A stretch of 64,000 nt of DNA, taken from Azolla caroliniana. Taxonomy: Eukaryota; Plantae; Polypodiophyta. Under the pieces are notes generated by a model. The model was not told where the DNA came from, made no database searches, and saw only the letters and a program-made list of their open reading frames with translations. Numbering within the stretch: position 1 is the stretch's first letter; each line of letters begins with the position of its first letter. Both the position numbers and the translations under genes were made by a program. Below are positions 1 through 11,826 of this stretch, piece by piece. Where the stretch lies: contig JBHGNT010000009.1 in the NCBI GenBank assembly GCA_043228905.1, forward strand, positions 10,230,001 through 10,294,000, in the 5' to 3' direction.

Positions 1-974
1 CGTCTTCGGCATGGTGAATTTGAGTCGGATTCCCTTCGACTGGTAGTACTCCTCGAACTACCCCCGATATTCTCCTCTATTGTCTGCTCGAACCGCCTTC
101 AGCTTCTGACCGGTTTCTCTTTCCACTCTCGCGTGGAGCTCCTTGAAGATAGACAACACCTGATCCTTCGTCTTCAACAGTGAGACCCACAACTTCCGGT
201 TGTGATTGTCTATGAACGTCACGAAGTACTGCGATCCGGCATGTGACTTTGTGTCGCCTTGACACATCGGTATGCACTACTTCCAGTGGTGCATTCCGTC
301 TCATCAGTGGTCTTGACCGGAAGGAGGTTCGGTTTTGCTTGCCGGCCAAGCAATCGATGCACTTCTCAAGTTGCACGTCCTTCACTGGAATGAGATTGTC
401 TTCGGCAAGTCTTCTCATCCCCTTCTGGCTCATGTGGCATAATCTCTTGTGCCACAACTCACTGACAATATCAAATGCTACGTTCACTTCTTCCCAGAAT
501 ATCTGGGCCTGCATCAGGTACAATGTGTTGATCTTCCAGGCTCGAGCCACAATCAAGATTCCCTTGCTGAACTTCATAACTCCGTTCTGGATGCTACATG
601 TGTAGCCTTCATCATCTAGCCGACCGGCTGATATCAGGTTCAACCGAACCTCCGGAATGTGTCGGACATCCTTCAACAACAACTTGCATCCGGTTGATGT
701 CGTCATCAACACATCTCCTATGTCGACAATTCGGCATGTAACTTCATTCCTCATCCGGACACAACTGTGATCTCCGACTATGTAGGATGAGAAGCATTTC
801 CGGCTTGGTGTTAGGTGGAACGATGCTCCGGAAGCGACAACCCACGTTGTCTCCTTGCCGACAAGGTTTAAGTCATTCTCCTTGGCAATGAGCATCGGTT
901 GTTCTTCACTTGTCATGATTGCTGACGTTCCCTTCCAATTCAACCCTTTCCGGTCCGAATAGTTCCTCTCCAAA

Positions 975-1306
975 TGTTACCCGTATAGGTATACGGGAGG
1001 GTTAAGTGTAACGTGAAAGGTGTAATGTGGAATATGAAATGTGAATGTGTGAGTGTGTGAGTGTTAGGTGAGGTAAGTAGGTGTACCTACATCCATTCGG
1101 CTTTTTGTAAAGATCTTATATAAATCCTCACTCATGGGGCATGAAAATAGGGAATATTGAAGTTACCCACAAACTGTGTCTGTCTTGATTCTCTCTCTCT
1201 CTCTCTCTCATTCGTTCTCTCTGTGCATCTCATCTCTCCTCTCACACTCAAACCCCCTTGGGAGGGGGGTGGAACCGATCTTGGCTCCACCCCCCACCCA
1301 TAAACA
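975..1306 (-). repeat. 3' LTR of the 975-4104 element
   Basis: Direct repeat of 3747-4104, differing mainly in (CT)n length (26 bp) plus a few substitutions. Confidence 0.93.
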
Positions 1307-1869
1307 CATGGCATGCCCTACGGCCTACCCCTCTTGAGAAGAAGTCTATCTCTCCTTTTCCCTCTCCATCACTAATCTCTCTGTCTCCTTCACTGCGTGT
1401 TTGTGTCTTTGTGTTAAAAAGTGGTGTGTATGGACTCTCTGTTGAGAGCCAATCTGCGATGGCAATGGAGATTTCTCTTGCTTTTATTTCTAATGTATCT
1501 AAGGCCTGATGGACAGGGCCTTTCAATCCCCATTTCCCCATTTTGTTACTCTCTCTGCAAAAAACCCTAGCTACCCCAGAGTTCATCTCTACGTGTTTAG
1601 CTCTCTACGTCTCTAGATGTTTGTCTATGTTGTATGTGTGCATCTTCGGCCTTCTCTCCGTACTGTGGATCTCCAACTTAAACATGGAGGCTTTCAAAAG
1701 GAAGCTAGACACAATCATGGGAGTGAATCGCAATGGAGAAGTGAAGGTCGTGAAGAGGAAGTATTATGTAACAGTTCTTTTCCAACTCATGAAAAATGGA
1801 CTTAGGAGCATGTTGGAAGAATATGAGGAAGCAAAAGAGAAAGGGAACAAAACAGAAACGTAATCCAAG

Positions 1870-2870
1870 AGCCGACTGAGGAAGTGTTGGCTGAGAGATG
1901 GCCTGGAAAGCAGCTGAGAAGAGTTCAAGCCAACTGAGAACTAGAGAATTCGGCTGAGACAGCCGACCAGATAGGGTTGGCCCTACAGATGGTTTGACGG
2001 ACGAAGATGATCGGCGTCCGACAGTCAACCAGACACAGAAATAGCCACAAATAAACCCAGACCAACTAAAAGAGAGTGTCGAGATGCGGCCGAGAGCCGA
2101 ACGTCAGTCCAGACGTGGCCAAGTAGCTACCAAGAAACGACCGAGAGCCATCTGCGCATCGCTGCGAGATATGGTCGATTGACAGCTGAGACGTAGCCGA
2201 GAAAGCGGCTGAGAAGCCGAAGCCGAACCACGACCACGAGAAGGCCGGACAGCGGCAGAGAGTACGGCCGAAGTCCCGTAAGTGGCCGGAAAGTCACGGC
2301 CAAACAGAGAACTGGCCGAGCCCATCGAATAGTAGCGGCCGAACCGACCGAGTGATGGCCAAGCGAGAGACCCTGCGTGACGGCCGAGACAAACCGTGAG
2401 TACGGCTGAGAAATGTGGCCAAGAGTCGGCCAAATGACGGCCGAGAACAGTGCGAGAGTTGGCCAAGTGACATCAGAGAAAGGCAGACAGCGACGGCCAA
2501 CAGTATAGCACGGCAAATAAATGGCCGAGATATGGCCAAGACACGACTGCGAGAGGGCCGAGAAGCAGAGAGTCGGCCCAAGCATGGCGGAGAAAACGGC
2601 CAAGAAGCCGAGCAATGGCTGAGTGTTAGCCAATATATGGCCGAGAGCGACAACTGAGCACTGAGAATAGGCCGAGAGACGGCCCAACAAGAGCGGACGA
2701 GGGACAGTCGGCCAAGCACTAGCACGGCTGCCAAGATAGCCGAGAGCCAAGCGACGACCGTGGACGGCTACTACCGAGAAAGGCGACGGCCAAACAGATG
2801 ATGGGGGCCATCAAACAAAGAAAGTCGACAGACAGGCCACGGACAACCGGCCAGCTGGCTGATGAACAGA
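1870..2870. repeat. GC-rich degenerate array of (C/T)GGCCGAGA / GGCCAA motifs
   Basis: Dozens of short GGCC-centred motifs at irregular spacing of roughly 15-30 bp. Confidence 0.8.
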
Positions 2871-3727
2871 AAATCAGGCTGACAACCACCAAAAAGAAGT
2901 AAAGAATCAAGAACAAGAAGAGGAAGAAGAAGTGGAGCCATGGAAGCTGCAGTGGTTGCTGTAAGCAGATGAAAACACGAAGACAAACAAAACAAAGAAC
3001 AACACACAACAAGAGACGAAGGTAAGGAAAACGAAGATAGAGCATTAGAAAGACGATGAAGAAGAAGAAAGGACCTACATAGAGAGACAAACAGACATTC
3101 GATTGAGACAACCCGGATGGAGCAGGAGATGACTGAACCAAGAAAACTAAAGAAGAAAGGAAGAAGAAGAAGACAAAGCATTGTTTCTGTCGCAACAGAG
3201 ATGGAAGAGAAGGAGAAAAAAGAAGAGCAAAGTTGAAAGAATGAAGAAACCGAAAACTAAAAAGAAGAAGAGAAAGGGAAGGGCATCACCGAGAATTTCA
3301 AAAGTTTGAGGGCACGATGGAAAATTTCAAAAACCAAACTGAAGAAAGTTAAAAACAAAAAAAACATAAGTGTAGCTATTAAAATTTCAAAAATTGAGGC
3401 TACGACATAGAAGTTCGGAAACCGAATGGCTCAAAACTCATTACCACTCCCAATAATGTAGAAATACATATATATATATATATACACCCACAATCTTTTT
3501 AAACCCTTAATGACTTTATCACAATGGACGAGCCGATTGGTGTATGATCCAATCGTGCGTTATGCTGACAGAACGAGAAGGTTTGTGTCAAGCCAGCTCC
3601 GATCGAAGTTATCGATCGTCAAGAAGTGTTCCGGTCGAGGGATTTTCGACCGTCGAGAGAAGAGCGTTGAAGTTTCCGGTCAATAAGTTTTTGGCATGGG
3701 CTTTGTGGGATCGACGTGCAACGCACT

Positions 3728-3744
3728 GTCCCACGGGCGTGCCA
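3728..3744 (-). promoter_or_regulatory. Primer-binding site, tRNA-Arg(UCU)-like
   Basis: TGGCACGCCCGTGGGAC 2 nt after the LTR end; matches the recalled plant tRNA-Arg(UCU) 3' end with a 1-nt gap. Confidence 0.75.
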
Positions 3745-3746
3745 GG

Positions 3747-3959
3747 TGTTACCCGTATAGGTATACGGGAGGGTTAAGTGTAACGTGAAAGGTGTAATGT
3801 GGAATATGAAATGTGAATGTGTGAGTGTGTGAGTGTTAGGTGAGGTAAGTAGGTGTACCTACATCCATTCGGCTTTTTGTAAAGATCTTATATAAATCCT
3901 CACTCATGGGCCATGAAAATAGGGAATATTGAAGTTACCCACAAACTGTGTCTGTCTTG

Positions 3960-4010
<51 letters not shown>

Positions 4011-4104
4011 CGTTCTCTCTATGCATCTCATCTCTCCTCTCACACTCGAACCCCCTTGGGAGGGGGGTGGAACCGATCTTGGCTCCACCCCCCACCCATA
4101 AACA
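3747..4104 (-). repeat. 5' LTR of the 975-4104 element
   Basis: Direct repeat of 975-1306; adjacent to the PBS. Confidence 0.93.
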
Positions 4105-5512
4105 CCGAACCCTTCTTCGAATCGGCACTATCGGTTCCTTTCTCTTTCCGGAAATGTCGACAGTTCTTCTGGAAGTGCCCTGGCTTCCCACAATAGAAAC
4201 AAGTAGGCCTCCCCCTTGACTTTGACCTCGTCCTCGATTTGTCCCGGTTTTGGGGACTCCGATACTGGCCTCTTTCCCTGTTTTGGTCATCTTCCATGAC
4301 TAAGGCCTTCAGATCGGTTCCGGACTCCTGGTCCTTCCAGCGAGCTTCTTCATCTAGCAAGCTAGGGACAACTGCTTTCCTTTCGGCCCAGTGTTGCCCA
4401 ACGTGACAAGTAACGTCTCCCAACTATCCGGGAGGGAACCGAGTAGGAGCAATGCGAGTACCTCATCCATGAGAGGTACTTCCAATGAGGTGGGTTGGTG
4501 TATTAGCCCCTAGAAGGCATTCATGTGCTCCACCATACTGGAGCTGTCTTGGTACCAGAGTCTTACTAACTTCCGGAATACCAAAACCCGATTAACGACA
4601 TTTTGTTCTGGAACATGATGCCGATCTTCTCCTAGAGTTCATGAGCCTTACTTTCTTCATTGAAGTTGTTGTACAGGTTCATGTCGATGAAGCACCGGAT
4701 GTACGCCGTCATATTCATGTGCATCACCTCCCATGTTGTGGCATCGACCTTATCCAGTTTCTTGTCCCCGAACTGTACCGACAACCAAAGATCTTTAACT
4801 ACTAGCATGTCCCTCATCTTCGACTTCCACACCGAGTAGTTGGAGCCGGTGAGCTTGAACATGCCGCCAAATGACTCTTCCATTTCTTGTGTTGTTCGCT
4901 CTGATACCAGTTTCTAAGGAACTAGTGCGAAAGTATTGCTTGGCCACAACTGAGTCTCAAATCACTTTATGAAGGACCAAACACAGAAATGGGAAATAGG
5001 TATGATGAATGCACGTACACCAAACAATGATAAAGAACACAAGATGTTTACGTGGGAAAACCTAATCAGGAAAAACCACGGGAGCCCATGGACTCCGAAC
5101 TATCACTATATGAGAGGAAATACAAAGTGGAAACACAGAGGCAACGACCTACTACTCGCGATCTTCGCCAGACGGTGGTTACAACAGAGAGTGCTCGTAG
5201 CTACTCTCACGCTCTCTCTCTCTCTCTCTGTACAACAATAATAATGACAACAACCTGTGATTGCCCTAAGTCATATTTATACTCATATGACCTTAGGGCT
5301 ATTTACAAATATAGCCTTAATGGGCTTACTCTAACATATTTACACATATGTCCTTGGATCTGATTTGCACCAGATCTATCCGGATCCACTCGATCTGGTT
5401 TCCGGGTCTCATCCGGAACCCTTTCGGATCTGGTTTTGCTTCATACGACTCGTTCGATCTGGCTCCTCCAGTTCTCATCCGGATCCCATCTGGAGGGACC
5501 GAATTCCCAACA

Positions 5513-7469
5513 GTTCAACATGCTAGAAGCAAGACCAATCGGCTCTGTGTTGCTGACCAACTGTAAGGTGAATGCAAAGCAATGCCTGAGGGGAGAAAGA
5601 AAAGGATGAGATGAGGAAAGTACCATATGCTTCCGCTATCGGTAGTCTAATGTATGCTATGGTCTATACGGGACTGGACATAGCATTTGTTGTGGGAGTA
5701 GTAAGTAATCTAGGACAAGAACACTGGGCGACTGTTAAATGGATACTCAAGTATTTAAAGTGCACCTCAAGGGTATGCCGAAGGTATGGTGTCAGAAAAC
5801 CTATGCTCGAACGGTTTACCAATTCAGACATGTTGGGGGATGCAAACTCAAGTCGATCCACTTCAGGGTACATGATGACGTATGTAGGGGAAGCAGTTGT
5901 TGGGAAATAGGTCCCTTCAGATGGGAAGAGAAGAGCTGGGTTGATGAGAAACCGAAATTGAGGATATAGCCAACTCAGGAGAAAATATTTGTAAATAGTC
6001 GAAATGTGCCCCATGTGGGCTATGTATGTAAATAGCCATAAAGTTGTATAAGTATATATACAACTAGGGCAAACATTAGTAAAGTGTAGTTGATCATTGT
6101 TGTAAAGTTAGAATGAGGAAGTTGCCTCTATAACTATGAGTGAGCGAGCGAGCGAGAGAATGAGAGTGTAACTCTATAGCCGTCTGTCAGACGAAGGAAA
6201 ACTCAAGGTCGTTGCCTCTGAGTTTGTTATTTGTACTTCTCTCTTCCATAGTGATTCTGTTTCTCGAGGTTTGTGGAACCCCGTGGTTTTTCCTTTTTCG
6301 GATTCTCCACGTAAAACATCTGGTGTCTTTGTTCTTGCCTTTTTGTCTTCATGTTTTCAGTTTGTGTACTAGCTCTATTGTTTTTGCATCCGAATACAAA
6401 CATGTAACCGGTTGTGGCCGGTTGATTTTCAACAACAATGTCGTGGTAGTCATGATTTCAGAAATCTGTGGCCTTGTCGATCATAGAGGAAGAGTATATG
6501 GCAATGGTAGAGGCCGGCAAAGAGTTGAGTTGGATGAGAATTTTTCTTAGTGAGTTGGGAATGAAGCAAAGGGAGTTCTTGCTTCATTGTGATAGCTAAA
6601 GCGCCCAAGAATGCCACGTACCACTCCTGGACCAAACATATATAGAGGAGGTATCACTGGTTGCAGGAGAAAGTGGAAGAGGGAGGTATTACCCTTGTGA
6701 AGATCCGACATGCTCACGAAGAACCTACCGATGGACAGAGTCAGAGTTTGTTGATAAAGGATAGGACTAGCCTACTCTACCCACATGAGTGAAGGGGGAG
6801 TTTGTTAGGAATATGTCCCTCCTATAGGAGGAACTGACTATTCGACTACATTAGAGACGGCAATCGAAGACAAGGAGTAGCCAACTAGTTGGGCCGAGAG
6901 CTAACAATTGATAACATGAAGACTCAACTTTGAGAGAGTCGATTGGGGGAGTCCACAGTGGGGTGAGTCCACGTCGAGGACACGACTGACTAGTTGGGCC
7001 GACCGGATGGTCGACGACAAGGTCGACTAGTCGGGTTGACTGGACAATCACCATAGGAGTCGGTTGATCAATTGCTATTATTAGTATAATAATAGGATTG
7101 AAAGTAGTAGAGGTTACATTTGTAAATATCCCATTCGGTGTATATGTATAAATACACTTAGGGAAATACTTTAGTTACTTAGAGTAGTAGAGAGTAGAAC
7201 AGAAAGTGGAGAACATAGTGAGAGGAAGAGTGAGAGGAAGCGGTGCCATAGTTAAGTGAGCTCAGACGCCAAGAGCCCTATGCGGCTGATACACTCTGTA
7301 TAGAGAGTGTTGTATTGTGGTCTCCTCTTGTATTTCCTTTTGTATAGTGGAAGATCCGTTCTCCCGTAGTTTCCCCCATTTAGGGTTTCTACGTAAATAC
7401 ATGTGCATTGTGTATTTTGTTTCTTTTCTATTTCCGTGTTATTGTACGAATCAGAGTCAATCTTTCTCA
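5513..7469 (+). mobile_element. Ty1/Copia B 3' portion (RT C-terminus, RNase H, PPT, 3' LTR)
   Basis: VPYASAIGSLMYAM and RSTSGY motifs; degenerate AVSW.S..QKSVALS RNase H resumes at 6440; PPT GAAGGGGGAG at 6791-6800; LTR TGTTAGG...CTCA at 6803-7469. Confidence 0.85.
5898..6434 (+). mobile_element. Solo LTR inserted in Copia B RNase H
   Basis: TGTTGGG...TCAACA termini; flanks GCAGT/ACAAT (TSD with two G>A changes); host coding sequence is contiguous across it. Confidence 0.75.
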
Positions 7470-7499
7470 TAGATCCAAGTCTAAAACCCCATCATCTCC

Positions 7500-10385
7500 A
7501 TTATAGTTTGATTCATCCTTTTTGCAAGACCATTTAGTTCAGGGCTCTTAAGCATTGTATATTCGAGTTTTATGCCTTGGGTCTTGCAATACTCCTTGAC
7601 TTGTCCTTTGTATTCGCCACCATTGTCGGTTTGGATAGCCTTCAACTTCCTTCCGGACTCTCTTTTTTACCTCTGGCCTGAAATTCCTAAAGGACTGACA
7701 ACACTTGGTCTTTTGAATTTGGCATGAAAGCCCACAACTTTCTATTGTAATTGTCAATGAATGTTACAAAATACTATCCACTACGATGCGATGGAGCATC
7801 CACGTAACATACATATGTGTGGACCAGTTCTAATGCACATTCTCTCCTTTTTGGTGGTCTTGAGTGAAATGCAACTTTGTTTTGCTTTCCGACCAAGCAG
7901 TTGACACATTTCTTGAAGTGAAACCCTTTTACTTCTGGAAGGAATTCCTTCTCGGCTAGGATATGCATGCCTCTCTCGCTCATGTTACAAAGCCTCTTAT
8001 GCCATAGCTCTCCACTTGAATCGACTGCCACATTTGCTTCATCCTTGCACAACTTGGCATGCATCACATATAGTGTCCCCTGTTTATGTGGTCGGGCCAC
8101 TATGAGACTCCCTTTGCAGAACATCCACATACCACTTTGAAAACTACCATTGTAGCATTCATTGTCCAATCTTCCAGTCGATATCAGATTCAGTCTGATA
8201 TCAAGTACATGTCAAACAACCATTAGGGTCGGTCTACAACCAGTTGATGTTGTCAGACATACACTTCCAATGCCATCTATATTGCATGCTCAATTATCTC
8301 CCATCTTTACACAGCCATTGTCACCTGTTGTGTAAGATGAGAAACATTCTCTCGAGGGAGTTATTTGGAACGATGCACCGGAGTCTATCACCCAAGTGCA
8401 TTCTTCATTTGCAAGCTTTACATTGGCTTGCTTGCAAATGAACAAGAGTTCTTCTTCACTCATAGCCATGGCTAAAGTGCCCTTCTCCTCAGAAATCTTT
8501 CTAGGTTCGACATCGTTCTAAGCACCTTTGTCTTTCTTAAGGTGACAATAGTCCTTCTTGAAGTGTCCAAGTTTTCCGCAGTAGAAACATGTGAAATTTC
8601 CTCTGGACTTGGACCTAGCATGAGACTTGTCTCTCTTTTGTGGACTTCTATGCTTGCTCCTTCCTTTGAAGGGATGTTGTGCCACATTTGCGTCCGATTG
8701 GGACAGGACACCCTTGTCCTTCCTTCTTGTCTCCTTGTTTAGGATACTTGTCTTCACCACTTGTAAAGACAAGTTTTCTTCTTGGCACGAGGAACTAAGA
8801 GACACCACCAGGTTCTCCCAGATCTCTAGCAGGGTACACAATAGCAACAATGCTTGTAGAGCGTTGTCTAAGGGAAACTTGGTTGCCGCAAGTTGATTTA
8901 CCAACCCCATGAAGGTGTTGATGTGTACAACTATGCTTTCTCCATATTTGTACTTCAATCTCACAATCTTTTTCATCAGAGAAGCTTTGTTGAGGTTACT
9001 TTTCCTCTCGTACAATTTTGATAAGTTATGCCACATTTCGAGGCACAGAGAGACACCACCAGGTTCTCCTAGGTGTCTGGTAGGGTACAAAACAACAACA
9101 AAGCTTAGAGAGCGTCATCTAGGGGAAACTTGGTTGTCGCAAGCTGATTTACCAACCCCATGAAGGTGTTGATGTGTACAACTATGCTTTCTCCATCTCT
9201 GCACTTCAATCTCATGATCTTTCTCATCAGAGAAGCTTTGTTGAGGGCACTTTTCCTCTTGTACAACCCTGGCAGTATTAGTCCTGGGCTAGACTTAGCC
9301 ACTAACACAAGGTATTCCCTTTCGGAATACATATCCAAAGGGATGGTTGGAGATATGTATTGTGATTCTCACTCACACACTTATCAATATCCAGTTACTT
9401 TCCAGATCACTTTTCGAAACACTTACAACATACCCGGCACTCAAATACACGCGTAAGATAATGAATGCTAGCACAAACGGCAAGGATACAAGATGGATAC
9501 AAGAGAGACAATAAGATAGATAATAACGTATTAAACTTGCATTACTTTTGTATTCATTACAATCCAAAATGGTGCCTCATCCGGCTACCGAATACAAAAC
9601 AGTACGGATTTGGATTAATACAACTATCTAGATCCGTCATTTCCTTAATAGTATTTATCTATAATATAATATTATTATCCGACATTAACTCTTCCCGATC
9701 CACACCTCCGCCTCCAAATCATACTCTTATAGGCCAACAGACAATTTATGCCACATTTCATAGGCATTTGTGTCGTTAGCCACATGCTGTAGAACACTCA
9801 CGTCTACACACTAATTGATTGTGACCATTGCCTTCCTATTCACGAGTTTCCACTTGGACTCCAACACCCCTGTGGGTATTTCACTATTGTGTATCGGGTC
9901 TTATAGGTGTTTGATTATTAGAAGATATTCCATCTTGATCTTCCAATTTGAGTAGCTGTGTGAGTTCAAGACTATCATTCCTAGAAAACCGCTCACAGCT
10001 CCTTCCATTCTTGCACCTCAAGCTTTGATACTAGTTTGATGAGTTTAGCACCGTAGATTTATGAGAAAGATAAAATCAAAAGATGTACAGAACAGAAAAC
10101 AACAAAACACAGAGAATACACAGTACACAATATTTACGTGGAAACCCTAAAACAAAGGGAAAAACCACGGGCAACAGATCTGCACTTTACAATAGAGATA
10201 CAAGAGGAAAAAAAAGATTACAAGAACTCTGTAATATCAGAGTATTCACCACTTAGGGTTTTACAAGAGTGTCACTCACTCTCATGCACTCTCTCATTGC
10301 TACCTATACCTTGTTGCACTCGATTGTTCAACACAGTTCTACTACTTCATCACTATAGAGTTTGCCCTAACTCCACATATTTATA
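7500..10385 (-). mobile_element. Degenerate Ty1/Copia C (partial 5' LTR, PBS, gag, PR, integrase)
   Basis: Decayed iMet PBS TAGTATCAAAGC at ~10022-10033; gag with CFYCGKLGHFKKDYC; LWHKRLCN GAG-pre-integrase (7774-8169); related to Copia A. Confidence 0.85.
8797..9266. repeat. Tandem duplication of ~220 bp of Copia C gag
   Basis: 8797-9015 recurs at ~9048-9266; both encode LNKASLM.KI.RLK..DGESIVVHINTFMGLVNQLA. Confidence 0.85.
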
Positions 10386-10431
10386 GATGGGAATAAGTTA
10401 TTACTAGATAATAATAATAATAGCCAACACA

Positions 10432-10448
10432 TGGCACACCCGTGGGAT
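10432..10448 (+). promoter_or_regulatory. Arg-type PBS of a second Tat-like element (plus strand)
   Basis: AACA-CA-TGGCACACCCGTGGGATAATGCATTGCACGTCGA matches the PBS and leader of the 975-4104 element. Confidence 0.7.
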
Positions 10449-10642
10449 AATGCATTGCACGTCGAATCCACGGGTCAACTCCTTTGTTCTTCGTCGAGTA
10501 TGTCGAGAATGCTTTGGTTGAGTGTTTCAAGTGGCTCCTCTTTCGTTCTCGTTTGTTGCTGCATCCCTGGCTCCTGCTACTTCTCTTGTGGCTCTTGTTC
10601 AAGCCCCGTTCTCTCCATCTCTTACTGCTGATCCGACTGCTA

Positions 10643-11826
10643 CTATGTGGAAGTCCTTGGCTCCGGATGTTGCTCTTCATCACTTATGTTTATATGTTCT
10701 GCTTTTTGCTCTGCTTCCTTCCTCCATCGCTCCCGCTCATAGCCTTCCAACTGTAGTGTCACCCATAGTTCATCATCTTCAAATCCGCAGATTAGCTTCT
10801 GGACGACATCTAATTGTGTTTCGGCCAGGGTATAAAAATCCTCTGACAACTCTTCTTGGATGGTGACTATACTTTCTTCGTCCATCTTGTAGAAGTTGTC
10901 GCCGGCTTTCTTCTTGTTTTTGGCATCTGCCTGGAGAACTTGGAGCTTAGCCACCCGTTTGGACCACTGATTCCATACCACCATGGAGCAATCGTCTATT
11001 TTCGTTTTCATCCAATCCCTCCAAGCTCTGAAGATCATCTGGATGCGGTTGATGCCCATTTTGAACTTTTCCTCCGTGGCCTCTTTTTCTTTCTTCAACC
11101 GCTTGATTATTGTTGTCGTGGCCATTGCTTGCACTTCATAATTATTGATCTCGGTTTGGTATGTCGTTTGAACTTTCTCCAATACCACCTTTGAGCATTC
11201 AATTATTTGGTTTTGCATGTCAAGCATCTCCGATCACTCCTTAGCCGCGTCATTCAACAATTGTGTCATTCTTTCTTCCAATAATTTCTCTTGTGTTGTC
11301 AACGCCTTCGTGTTCTCCTTTAGTTCCGCATGGGTCTCTTTAAATTTGTCTTGCTGCTGGTCGTACTCCATCTCAAGCTTTTTATGATCCTGGTACAACT
11401 TGTCAAAATCCTCCGGTTTTTGCTTAAGTTGTCGGTTTACTTGTGATCTCAACCGATCGTTCTAGTCCTTATGTTGTTGGAGTTCCTCCTTAAGCCGTTC
11501 TATCTCTGTCTCACCCATTCTCCAGAGTTTATCCCTATCCTACTACAACATTTCTTTCTCCTCCTTCAGCCGGTTCATGTTTCTCTACAATCGTCGGAGT
11601 CCATATTCTATTCTCCGATTTTCTTCTTCGCCTGTCCTCTGTAGTTTTTTTTCTCTTTCTTTAAGTGTCGTTTGCATGACACATTCATCCTTCAACGTGT
11701 CAATTTACTTTTCCAATTCACGCTCTTTTTCCGGTGCTGTGCTAGCAACTGGGTCTTTCTCTTTCTCCGGAGCCTCTTCTTGTATTTTCTTTGGTTCAAC
11801 CAACTCCGACTTTGTTCTAGCCCATG
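10643..11826 (-). pseudogene. Degenerate coiled-coil ORF (E/K/Q-rich), probable retroelement accessory ORF
   Basis: Consecutive stop-interrupted ORFs (11234-11452, 10643-11227) with heptad-like composition, antisense to the PBS at 10432. Confidence 0.5.

Larger units (their letters stand above)
975..4104 (-). mobile_element. Non-autonomous LTR element (3.1 kb, LARD/TRIM-like; Tat/Ogre-type Arg PBS)
   Basis: Near-identical TG...CA LTRs at 975-1306 and 3747-4104. Flanks CCAAA/CCGAA (5-bp TSD, 1 mismatch). PBS TGGCACGCCCGTGGGAC at 3728-3744 (minus). No gag/pol motifs inside. The host Copia reading frame resumes on both sides. Confidence 0.9.
1..5512 (-). mobile_element. Ty1/Copia LTR retrotransposon A (5' LTR, PBS, gag, PR, GAG-pre-integrase, start of integrase), split by the 975-4104 insertion and running off the window's left edge
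   Basis: 5' LTR ~4912-5512 begins TGTTGGG on minus. tRNA-iMet PBS TGGTATCAGAGC at 4898-4909. Gag N-terminus (LTGSNYSVWK, 4632-4883) and CCHC knuckle (CFYCGKPGHFQKNC). PR (WVVASGASFH), LWHKRLCH and integrase YFVTFID motifs in 1-973. Confidence 0.92.

Noticed and set aside
1870-2870. Overlapping 120-207 aa ORFs and a CRISPR-like motif array
   Set aside because: ORFs arise from stop-poor GC-rich repeats and show no domain motifs; no constant repeat or spacer length
2719-3195. Hydrophobic membrane-protein-like ORFs
   Set aside because: Reverse translation of a GA-rich low-complexity tract; the same applies to ORFs spanning (CT)n/(GT)n microsatellites elsewhere
9267-9690. Possible solo LTR inside Copia C gag
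   Set aside because: Right end looks LTR-like (TCCGACA) but no matching left end or TSD could be defined
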